Below are positions 1 through 7,496 of a stretch of 11,326 nucleotides of DNA, one piece after another. Position 1 is the first letter of the stretch; each line of letters opens with the position of its first letter. The DNA is from Thermoproteaceae archaeon (GTDB taxonomy: Archaea > Thermoproteota > Thermoprotei > Thermoproteales > Thermoproteaceae). The DNA lies in contig JAJHRB010000049.1 of the NCBI GenBank assembly GCA_020833025.1, forward strand, positions 1-11,326, in the 5' to 3' direction. The notes beneath the pieces are model-generated. The model was not told where the DNA came from. It ran no database searches and saw only the letters and a list, made by a program, of their open reading frames with translations. Made by a program: the position numbers and the translations under genes.

Positions 1-261
1 AGGCTGAACAGGGACGCGTACTTTATGGCGAAGTTCTTCCAGAGGGAGCTCGCAGTGCCAGGCATGATAGACGGCGACGCGTTCATACTGCACGGGGAGA
101 AGTCCCCGAAGGTCCTTGAGGCCGTGTACGAGCGCTTCATCAAGTACTACGTTGTGTGTCCCGTCTGCAACTCCATTGACACCGAGCTCAGGAGAGAGGG
201 CAGGATCTTCATAATGAGGTGCCTCGCCTGCGGCGCGACAACGCCGGTCAAGCCGCCGTGA
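1..261 (+). CDS. eif2b: Translation initiation factor aIF2 beta subunit, 5'-truncated by the window edge
   Basis: Frame +1 is open from base 1 ([21 protein letters not shown]...), so the ATG at 25 is internal. C-terminal zinc ribbon CPVC-x-DT-x-CLACGA and the LNRD...REL motif are typical of aIF2-beta. Confidence 0.9.
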   Translation, partial: RLNRDAYFMAKFFQRELAVPGMIDGDAFILHGEKSPKVLEAVYERFIKYYVVCPVCNSIDTELRREGRIFIMRCLACGATTPVKPP

Positions 262-273
262 GCGCGCTAATCC

Positions 274-281
274 TTTATTAG
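274..281 (+). promoter_or_regulatory. TATA box for leaderless leuS transcript
   Basis: TTTATTAG starts 28 nt before the GTG start at 302, the spacing expected for a leaderless archaeal mRNA. Confidence 0.6.
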
Positions 282-301
282 GCCGGCACGCCCGCCGGCC
301 C

Positions 302-3139
302 GTGAGCGAGCACGCGCAGTTCTTCACCAAGCTGGCGGAGAAGTGGCAGGCGAGGTGGAGGGAGGCCGGGGTCTTCGAGCCCGAGCCGGCTCCAGGGACC
401 CCGAAGTTCTTCATAACGGCGGCGTATCCCTACCCCAACGGCGTGGTGCACATAGGCCACGGCAGGACCTACCTCATTGCCGACATACTGGCCAGGTTCC
501 ACAGGCATCTCGGCCGCGTCACGCTGTTCCCCATGGCGTTTCACTACACGGGAACTCCAATTCTAACAGTCGCCGAGGCAATCGCCGCTGGGGACGGGAG
601 GACAATAGAGGAGTACATGACGCTGTACGACGTGCCCCGCGAGGAGATAGAGAGAATGAGGGACCCGCACTACCTGGCCCGCTACTTCCACGAGCGCTCG
701 AAGCGCGCGATGGAGATGCTCGGCCTCAGCATTGACTGGTCGAGAGAGTTCACCACAATAGACCCGGAGTACCAGCGCTTCATCCAGTGGCAGTTCAAGA
801 AGCTCAGAGACGGGGGGCTGATATCCCGGGGCGCGCACCCGGTCGGCTGGTGCCCGCGCCACTCAATGCCCGTGGGGGCCCACGACACTAAGGACGACAA
901 GGAGCCCGAGATCGTGAAGTGGACGCTTATATACTTCGCCGACCGCGAGGGGCTCGCGCTCCCCGCGGCAACTCTCAGGCCCGAGACAGTGCTCGGCGTC
1001 ACGAACGTCTGGGTCAACCCGGACGCCAAGTACGTCATCGCCGAGTACAACGGGAGGGCCGTTGTCGTGAGCCGCGACGCCGCCCGCCGCCTGTCATTCC
1101 ACGGCGGCATCAAGGTACTGCGCGAGGTCCGCGGCAGCTGGATTCTGGGGCGCGAGGTGCAGAACCCCGTGACTGGCGAGTGGGTGCCTGTCTACGGGGC
1201 CAAGTTCGTGGACCCGGGAGTCGGCACGGGCGTCGTCATGTCCGTGCCCGCCCACGCGCCGTACGACTACGTTGCGCTGCGGGAGCTCGGCAGGCTCAGG
1301 CTCATCCCGCTGATACGGGTTGAGGGCTACGGAGAGTGCCCCGCGAGAGATGTCGTGGAGCGGATGGGCATAAAGAGCCAGACAGACCCGCTCCTCGAGG
1401 ATGCGACGAGGGAGGTCTACCTGGCCGAGCACAGCAGGGGCGTGGTGCGGGAGGACGTGGCAGAGCGCGTCGGCATGCACCTCGGCGAGCCAGCCCGGTC
1501 GATGCTGCGCGCCGCGTTCAGGATATTCTTCGCGGGAAGGCCGGTGAGGGGGGCGCGCGAGTTCATTGCAAGATGGCTTGTCGAGTCGGGCCTCGGCGGC
1601 GTGATGTACGACATAGCTAACAAGCCAGTGTACTGCAGGTGCGGCGCGGAGATTGTCGTCAAGGTGCTGGAAGACCAGTGGTTCATCAATTACGGGGACC
1701 GCAGGTGGAAGGAGGCCGCGCGCGAGCTCGTGAGCGGCATGACGATGGTCCCCGCCGAGGCCAGGGCGCAGATGCTCGCCACAATTGACTGGCTCGACAA
1801 GCGCGCGTGCGCCAGGACTCGCGGGCTCGGCACGCCGCTGCCGTGGGATCGGGGCTGGGTGATAGAGAGCCTTAGCGACTCCACAATCTACATGGCGTTC
1901 TACACAGTGATAAAGAAAATAAGGCGCCTCGGGCTTAGAGCCGAGCAGCTCACCGAGGAGTTCTGGGACTACGTGCTGCTCGGGCGGGGGGACGCTGAGG
2001 AGGTATCACGGAGGACAGGCGTGCCCGCGAGCGCGCTGAGGGCCGTGCGCGAGGAGTTTGAGTACTGGTACCCGCTTGACTCCAGAAATTCGGGCAAGGA
2101 CCTGGTGCCGAACCACCTGACGTTCTTCGTGCTTCACCACGCTGCAATATTCCCGAGGGACAAGTGGCCGAGGCAGATAGTCGCGAACGGCTGGGTGCTT
2201 AGAGAGGGAGAGAAGATGTCCAAGTCTAGGCGGAACGTGCTCCCGCTGGACAAGGCCGTCGAGATGTACGGCCCGGACCCCCTCAGAGCGGCGCTGGCCG
2301 TGTCTGCAGAGGTGGAGCAGGATCTCGACTTCAGGGACGCGGAGGCGAGGAGGATCGCGCAGCACCTCGCGTCAATTTACAGCCTTGCGCAGAGAGTGAT
2401 CCAGACGGCCGAGGACAGAGAGCCGGCGTGGCCTGACTACTGGCTGGTTTCAGAGATCGCGCGCGTAATCGATAGGGCTAGGGACGCGTACGAGAGGGTC
2501 AGAATTAGGCAGGCCGCCGTCGACGTGCTCTACAACGCAAAGTCCGTGTTCGAGCAGTACCTCTCGATGGTGGAGAGGCCGTCGAGGCTCGCGCTAGAGG
2601 CGCTAAGGGCGTGGATCGTGGCCATGGAGCCAATAGTCCCCCACCTGGCGGAAGAGCTCTGGGCGGCGGCCGGCGGCAGGGGCCTCGCCGCGACGGCGCC
2701 CTGGCCGGGGCTCAAGCCGGACCCCGCGGCAGTGCTGGCCAGGAGGTACGTGGACATGCTCGTGGAGGACATCAAGAGCATACCGGCGTTTAAGCGCGGC
2801 GCGAGGAGGGTCGTGATATACGTCAACCGCAATTTCTCGCTGCTCAAGGCGGCGCTGAGCGGTGGCGCGAAGTCCCTGACGGCCTCAGGCGTCAGCACGC
2901 AGGCCGCCGCCCGTCTCGCGGGACTTGCGAGGTCCCTCAGCGAGGAGGTCAAGTCGCTGGTCATGAGCGTCGAGAGCTTTGACGAGCTAGAGGTGCTGAG
3001 GTCCTACAGAGCCTACCTGGAGAGAGCTCTCGGCGCTGCCGTTGAAGTGTACGGCTCGGACGACCCGCAGGCTCCCGATCTCGGCGGCAAGAAGGCCGCG
3101 GCGCTGCCCCTCAAGCCTGGAGTTTACATTGCCTCCTGA
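302..3139 (+). CDS. leuS: Leucyl-tRNA synthetase (archaeal type)
   Basis: 945 aa. Class I HIGH motif (YPYPNGVVHIGH), KMSKS, CP1 editing motifs ATLRPET and GTGVVMSVPAHAPYD, archaeal C-terminal ALPLKPG. Confidence 0.97.
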   Translation: MSEHAQFFTKLAEKWQARWREAGVFEPEPAPGTPKFFITAAYPYPNGVVHIGHGRTYLIADILARFHRHLGRVTLFPMAFHYTGTPILTVAEAIAAGDGRTIEEYMTLYDVPREEIERMRDPHYLARYFHERSKRAMEMLGLSIDWSREFTTIDPEYQRFIQWQFKKLRDGGLISRGAHPVGWCPRHSMPVGAHDTKDDKEPEIVKWTLIYFADREGLALPAATLRPETVLGVTNVWVNPDAKYVIAEYNGRAVVVSRDAARRLSFHGGIKVLREVRGSWILGREVQNPVTGEWVPVYGAKFVDPGVGTGVVMSVPAHAPYDYVALRELGRLRLIPLIRVEGYGECPARDVVERMGIKSQTDPLLEDATREVYLAEHSRGVVREDVAERVGMHLGEPARSMLRAAFRIFFAGRPVRGAREFIARWLVESGLGGVMYDIANKPVYCRCGAEIVVKVLEDQWFINYGDRRWKEAARELVSGMTMVPAEARAQMLATIDWLDKRACARTRGLGTPLPWDRGWVIESLSDSTIYMAFYTVIKKIRRLGLRAEQLTEEFWDYVLLGRGDAEEVSRRTGVPASALRAVREEFEYWYPLDSRNSGKDLVPNHLTFFVLHHAAIFPRDKWPRQIVANGWVLREGEKMSKSRRNVLPLDKAVEMYGPDPLRAALAVSAEVEQDLDFRDAEARRIAQHLASIYSLAQRVIQTAEDREPAWPDYWLVSEIARVIDRARDAYERVRIRQAAVDVLYNAKSVFEQYLSMVERPSRLALEALRAWIVAMEPIVPHLAEELWAAAGGRGLAATAPWPGLKPDPAAVLARRYVDMLVEDIKSIPAFKRGARRVVIYVNRNFSLLKAALSGGAKSLTASGVSTQAAARLAGLARSLSEEVKSLVMSVESFDELEVLRSYRAYLERALGAAVEVYGSDDPQAPDLGGKKAAALPLKPGVYIAS

Positions 3140-3148
3140 CAGCCGAGG

Positions 3149-6100
3149 TCAGGACTGGGGCGGCGCTAGCCGCGGCAGCACTTTCTCTGAAAACTCGCCG
3201 AAGAGCTCGCTCAGGGCGCGCTCGTAGCCGAGCCTCCCTGCCTCCACGGCGTCCATGTACTGCTCGACTACTCTCGTCCTCTCCTCGCTTATCAAGTCGC
3301 CGAAGCTCTCCTCCAGGAAGCGGTAGACCTCTATCCCGCGCCTCGTCGGCACCATTAGCCTCCTGCGCCCGGCGACGTAGACATAGTACCTCCTCGCCAG
3401 CACCTGGAGAATTCTGGCGTACGTGCTGGGCCTGCCTATGCCTCTCTGCCTCATCAGCGCGAGTACCTCCGCCTGTGACAGCAAGCGCCTGACCTTGCGG
3501 CACCTCCTCACCGCCGCGCTCAGCGTGCCGGTGGGAAGCTCGGGCTCGACGCGCGTGACGCGGTACACGGCCTGAAAGCCCTGCTGCTTCACGCCGACAG
3601 CCCTCTCGACCTCCACAACCGCGCCGCCTGCCTCGATTGCATACCTGGCGATCTCAACCACGCCGGGCTCCATCTGGCTGGCCATGAAGCGCCTGAAGAT
3701 AAGGTCGTAGAGCCTGTAGTGGTCTCTCGCGAGGCGTATTGCCAGCTGCAGGGCGCCCGCGCTGACGAGCCCGCGGAGCTCGTCCACATCGAGAGGCCTC
3801 GTCGGCCTTATGGCCTCGTGCGCCCCCTCTGACTCCTCCCCCCACGCTCTCGGCCTGAACGCCGACTCGCCGAACTTTCTCACTATGTACTCCCTGGCAA
3901 TGGATATGCCCGCCGTGGAGACTCTCTTGCTGTCCGTCCTGTGATACGTTATCAGGCCGCTCTCGAAGAGGTCCTGCGCCACTCTCATGGCATGCTCTGC
4001 CGACATTCCGAGCCTCTCCACGGCATCTCTCAGCATCTCGTCCGTCGTGTAGGGCGGCGGCGGGTTTATGACTCTCTCTGACCTCTCCACGAGCCTTATG
4101 GTGACCTGCCTGCTCCTCCTCAGCGCGACGGCGGCCGCCTCCGGGACGCGCAGTCTCAGCACGCTGCCGTCCACCTCGAGCTCGACGCTGTACACAGCAT
4201 TCTTGCGCGACTCCTCGTAGCTCCTCACTATCCAGCCCAGCACTGGCGTCTGCACCCTGCCCGCGGATAGGTTCGGGCTGCCGTACCTTGTCTGCAGTAT
4301 CTTGCTCAGGCCGAAGCCCAGCCACCTGTCCTCGAGCCTCCTCACTATCTGGGCCTCGGCGAGCGAGTAGCTGACTGACCTCGGGCTGGACAGCGCCTTG
4401 AGTATTGCCCTCCTCGTGACTTCGTGGAATTCTATTCTCTCCACGCTAGAGGCGTAAGGCCGGAGGGCTAGGTAGAGGTCGAAGGCTATCTTCTCCCCCT
4501 CGGAGTCGGGATCCGTGCCTATCAGCACCCTGTCCACCTCAGCCGCAACGTCCCTGAGTATGGATATCACATCGAGGGGCCTGCAGCCGGGCGGCACGTC
4601 GGCATCGTCGACATAAGCGCCGCCCCTGCACCTCCATATTTTGTTGTAGACAGGCACGAAGTCGCCGCCCCTGACCGGCACCGCGTACTCCTCGGCGTCG
4701 TAGCCGTCGTGCCTGAATGTGCCGAACCACTTTAAGAGCGTCTCGCGCTCGCCGGGGTCCACCTTCCTCAGCGAGGTGGGCAGCTCGTAAACGTGGCCGA
4801 GCGACGCCACTATTATGAGCACGGCGCTGCCAGTCGAGACCTCGTATGCCGGCAGGCCCCCCACGAGCAGCACGCTGGGCCTGCCGAAAAACCGCGCGAT
4901 TGTCCTCGCCTTGGTCGGCGACTCGACCACAACCAATACCGTCTTCATGAGGTCGGCGCCGGCCTCCGCCGTCACCCTGCCCGACACTAGGTCGCGTATC
5001 AGTCTTCTGTCCCTGTCCACCTCGCTCAGAATGGCGTCGAGGTCGACCTCGCCGATATGCCTGAACTCCGCCTCCTCGAACCTCAGCTTGAGCTCCCTCT
5101 GGAGCGCGCGGAATGCCTTCCAGTCGTCGACCAGCGCAATGCTGAGCCCCTTGGAGAGCCCGCCGGCGTAGAGCCTTGACGTGCGCCCGCTGCCCTGCAC
5201 GTACGTCGTCACGTCGGGCACGAGCACGTAGAGCTCGCCGTCTATCACGGCGAGCCTGACCTCTGCCGATGTCTCAATTGCCCTCCTGACGTCCTCGCTC
5301 TTGAGCAGCTCCCCCGCGAACTCGACGGCAGACCTCGCGACGCTCACGGCGTGTCTCTCGAACTCCGTGAGCCCGGCGCCCTCAACGGCCTTCTTAACGG
5401 CCTCTTGGACGCTCCGGGCGTACGGCGCTAGCCTCCTCAGCTGCCCAATCAGCCTGTCCGCCCTCAGCTTCGCATCCCCCGAGAGAGCCTGCCTGACGTT
5501 GTAGAGGAACGTGAGGTATGCGTGCACGGAGAACTCCTCGAGCCTCACCCTGAACTTGTACTTCGGGATCCCGACGAACACGACATACCTTATCACGTGC
5601 GGGAGGTCTAGCCCCCTGACAAGCGCCGATCTGGCAGACGCCATGCCGACGAGTATCGAGAGCTCGCCCCTCTCGAACTGCTCCAGCACCCTGCGCCTCG
5701 GCCTGAAGAGGTGCTCGGCCGGTATGCCCTCCTCCCTCGCCCTGACCACTATCCTCTCGCCCAGCTCTCTGTCCTGCACGTAAATTATCCCCCCGGGGCC
5801 CAGCCTCCTCACGAGCTGCACCACCTGCGCGACGGCGTCGCTTGACATCTCAACGTATAGATCGGCGACGTTGCGGAGCCCCTCGGCCCTGCCGCCCACG
5901 TCAAATCCCAGGATCTCCCTGAATAGCAGCAGTTTGGCAGTCCGCCGGGCCTTGGCGAGAGCGCCCGATGCCACGAAGGTGCCGATCTTCAGCTCGTCCA
6001 CCCGCCGCCTCAGCGCGTCCCTCATGCTGTCGATCTCGCGCTCTATGCGCTCCGCGTCCTCGGCCCTGCCGGCAATCTCGGCCTCACGCAGCCGCCTCAG

Positions 6101-6841
6101 CCTGTCTATCAGCTCCGCGGCGGCCCTCAGCACCTCGTCGTCAACGCCGAGAAGCTTCAGAATTCTGTCGACGTTCTTGCTCGTTGCCCTGAGAATGCTG
6201 TCGACGTCATCGGCGGCCACGAAGCCGAATTTGTGCCGGCTTAGCAAGTCAAAGCGGCGGGACAGGAGCGCCGAGGTCACGATCAGCACGTCAAAGTCCC
6301 CCCGCTCTACGGCCTCGAGGGCCTCCCTCCTCTCCCTCTCCGTCAGCATGGAGTGGTAGGCAATTGCCCTCACGCGGACGCTTGCCCTCTCGGCGTAGGC
6401 GAGCAGGCGCTTGTGCGCCTGGTGGGCGAGGGCCGACGTCGGGAACACCAGCAGCGTCTTGCGCCACTGCCGCGCGGCGTAGATCGCCGCGACGAGGAGG
6501 AATGTCGTCTTGCCGGATCCGGTCGGCGCGACTATTGCGAAGCTCCTCCCCCTAACGAAGCGCCTGGCCCAGAGTCTCTGGGCTCCCCACATCTCGCAGC
6601 CCACGGCGGACTTGAAGAGAGACGAGAACTCCTCGTACCTCTCGAGATACTCGGCGATCCGGGCGAGGCCCCTGAGCCTCCCGCGCTCCCTCAGCAAGCT
6701 CACGAGCTCTCTCATGGACTTGGCCCCGAGACCCTCTGGAAGGCACTCGTAACAGGGAAGGCCGGCTGCCAGCCTGTCCGACGTGATGGGGCCCCCGCAG
6801 TTGGGGCAGCTGTGCAGATACACGACGGGCGGCGGCCTCAC
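3149..6841 (-). CDS. rgy: Reverse gyrase
   Basis: 1230 aa. N-terminal Zn finger CPNC..CYEC, Walker A APTGSGKT, DDVD, QGSGRTSR helicase motif VI, Toprim VESPTKARTI and TDPDSEGEKI, catalytic GLITYHRTDS, GIGRPSTY. Confidence 0.97.
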   Translation of the reverse strand: MRPPPVVYLHSCPNCGGPITSDRLAAGLPCYECLPEGLGAKSMRELVSLLRERGRLRGLARIAEYLERYEEFSSLFKSAVGCEMWGAQRLWARRFVRGRSFAIVAPTGSGKTTFLLVAAIYAARQWRKTLLVFPTSALAHQAHKRLLAYAERASVRVRAIAYHSMLTERERREALEAVERGDFDVLIVTSALLSRRFDLLSRHKFGFVAADDVDSILRATSKNVDRILKLLGVDDEVLRAAAELIDRLRRLREAEIAGRAEDAERIEREIDSMRDALRRRVDELKIGTFVASGALAKARRTAKLLLFREILGFDVGGRAEGLRNVADLYVEMSSDAVAQVVQLVRRLGPGGIIYVQDRELGERIVVRAREEGIPAEHLFRPRRRVLEQFERGELSILVGMASARSALVRGLDLPHVIRYVVFVGIPKYKFRVRLEEFSVHAYLTFLYNVRQALSGDAKLRADRLIGQLRRLAPYARSVQEAVKKAVEGAGLTEFERHAVSVARSAVEFAGELLKSEDVRRAIETSAEVRLAVIDGELYVLVPDVTTYVQGSGRTSRLYAGGLSKGLSIALVDDWKAFRALQRELKLRFEEAEFRHIGEVDLDAILSEVDRDRRLIRDLVSGRVTAEAGADLMKTVLVVVESPTKARTIARFFGRPSVLLVGGLPAYEVSTGSAVLIIVASLGHVYELPTSLRKVDPGERETLLKWFGTFRHDGYDAEEYAVPVRGGDFVPVYNKIWRCRGGAYVDDADVPPGCRPLDVISILRDVAAEVDRVLIGTDPDSEGEKIAFDLYLALRPYASSVERIEFHEVTRRAILKALSSPRSVSYSLAEAQIVRRLEDRWLGFGLSKILQTRYGSPNLSAGRVQTPVLGWIVRSYEESRKNAVYSVELEVDGSVLRLRVPEAAAVALRRSRQVTIRLVERSERVINPPPPYTTDEMLRDAVERLGMSAEHAMRVAQDLFESGLITYHRTDSKRVSTAGISIAREYIVRKFGESAFRPRAWGEESEGAHEAIRPTRPLDVDELRGLVSAGALQLAIRLARDHYRLYDLIFRRFMASQMEPGVVEIARYAIEAGGAVVEVERAVGVKQQGFQAVYRVTRVEPELPTGTLSAAVRRCRKVRRLLSQAEVLALMRQRGIGRPSTYARILQVLARRYYVYVAGRRRLMVPTRRGIEVYRFLEESFGDLISEERTRVVEQYMDAVEAGRLGYERALSELFGEFSEKVLPRLAPPQS

Positions 6842-6859
6842 GCGGTGCAGAGGCGCCGG

Positions 6860-6867
6860 CTATAAAA
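6860..6867 (-). promoter_or_regulatory. TATA box for rgy (probably leaderless)
   Basis: TTTTATAG on the minus strand, first T 26 nt upstream of the GTG at 6841. Confidence 0.6.
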
Positions 6868-7124
6868 GCCCTAGGCTCACTGCCGGTCGCCCGTGCGGGA
6901 GCCTTTCAGCCCCTTTTAAAGCTCCGGGCCCTCCTGGTTACTCTCCCACGCTTTCTAGCAATCCCTGCTGCGGCTTGCAGGCTCCCGCGGCGCGCCCTCG
7001 ACAGTTACGGGCGCGCGCCTCTGCGATTCGCGCGGGCCCCGCCGGCGTGGCATTAGTGCAGCTGGGCAGCATCCGGTGCCGTGACTGGTCTGGCACGACT
7101 GGCAGGGACAACTGTGCCGAGCTG

Positions 7125-7129
7125 AAAAG
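7125..7129 (-). terminator. Oligo-T terminator after the tRNA-Ile2 half
   Basis: CTTTT directly follows the encoded CCA on the minus strand. Confidence 0.45.
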
Positions 7130-7194
7130 TGGTGGGCCCGCCGGGATTTTTGGGCGGGGCCATCCCCCGAACCCGGGTCCACCCGGTTATGAGC
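7130..7194 (-). tRNA. 3' half (positions 31-76) of tRNA-Ile2(CAU), with a 19-nt intron at 56/57 (7168-7150); candidate split tRNA fragment
   Basis: Minus strand reads G CTCATAA CCGGG TGGAC CCGGG TTC [GGGGGATGGCCCCGCCCAA] AAAT CCCGG CGGGCCC A CCA, giving a perfect T-arm, acceptor 3' strand and encoded CCA. No D-arm or 5' acceptor strand lies upstream. Ile2 rather than Met is inferred from the GGCTCATAACC anticodon arm and the GGGCCC-type acceptor. Confidence 0.88.
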
Positions 7195-7238
7195 CACGCC
7201 GCAGGCGGCGGCCGGTCCCGGCTCACTGTCTCTCCCCT

Positions 7239-7252
7239 CTATTTAAGCCTTT
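7239..7252 (-). promoter_or_regulatory. BRE-TATA promoter of the tRNA-Ile2 3' half
   Basis: AAAGGCTTAAATAG. Predicted start ~7216-7219, leaving a ~22-25 nt leader before G31. Confidence 0.75.
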
Positions 7253-7270
7253 GCTGCGCGGCGCCTGCCG

Positions 7271-7284
7271 GAACGCTTAAATAA
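7271..7284 (+). promoter_or_regulatory. BRE-TATA promoter of the tRNA-Arg 3' half
   Basis: GAACGCTTAAATAA. Predicted start ~7307-7309, leaving a ~19-21 nt leader before C31. Confidence 0.75.
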
Positions 7285-7327
7285 TCGCGCGCGGGTTGCG
7301 GCAATCCCGCGGGCGCGAGCCGCCGAG

Positions 7328-7391
7328 CCTTCTAAGCCGTAGGCCGGGGCGCGGGCGGACGTCGTGGGTTCGAATCCCACCGGGCCCGCCA
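7328..7391 (+). tRNA. 3' half (positions 31-76) of tRNA-Arg(UCU), with an 18-nt intron at 45/46 (7343-7360); candidate split tRNA fragment
   Basis: C CTTCTAA GCCGT AG [GCCGGGGCGCGGGCGGAC] GTC GTGGG TTCGAAT CCCAC CGGGCCC G CCA, giving a perfect T-arm, acceptor 3' strand and CCA. No D-arm or 5' acceptor strand lies between the promoter and the anticodon loop. Confidence 0.88.
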
Positions 7392-7392
7392 A

Positions 7393-7480
7393 GCCTCAGC
7401 TGTTGCCGCGACATATCACTCGTGAGTTAAGGAGGGGCGGGCTCTCCTCACGCCCTCAGTGGTACTCCGGCTCTTCACCG
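7393..7480 (-). ncRNA. Box C/D guide sRNA candidate (three C-guide-D units)
   Basis: Minus strand: GTGAAGA - 12 nt - CTGA - GGGC - GTGAGGA - 13 nt - CTTA - 8 nt - GTGATAT - 13 nt - CTGA. Box-to-box spacing matches archaeal C/D RNAs. Confidence 0.6.
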
Positions 7481-7496
7481 CTCCGATCAATCCCCG

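Noticed and set aside
278-6865. Many short antisense or alternate-frame ORFs within leuS and rgy
   Set aside because: Fully nested in two well-supported long genes; expected from high GC and codon bias.
7008-7039. Minus-strand 32-mer starting GGGCCCG and ending CGCCCG, the predicted ends of the Ile2 5' half, downstream of the 3' half (permuted-gene hypothesis)
   Set aside because: No U8, A14 or G18G19, no D-stem pairing, no promoter, and its trailer is not complementary to the leader. It cannot be a functional 5' half; a decayed relic cannot be excluded.
7195-7219. Ile2 leader GGGACCG-GC-CGCC-GCCTGC-GGCG read as a degenerate contiguous 5' half
   Set aside because: Acceptor mismatch, no conserved D-loop bases, and nt 27-29 of the anticodon stem are missing.
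7130-7391. tRNA halves as att-site duplications of an integrated element
   Set aside because: Disfavoured: no integrase nearby, each half has a correctly spaced promoter, both share a BHB-compatible breakpoint, and both keep intact intron signals. Not fully excluded without the genome.
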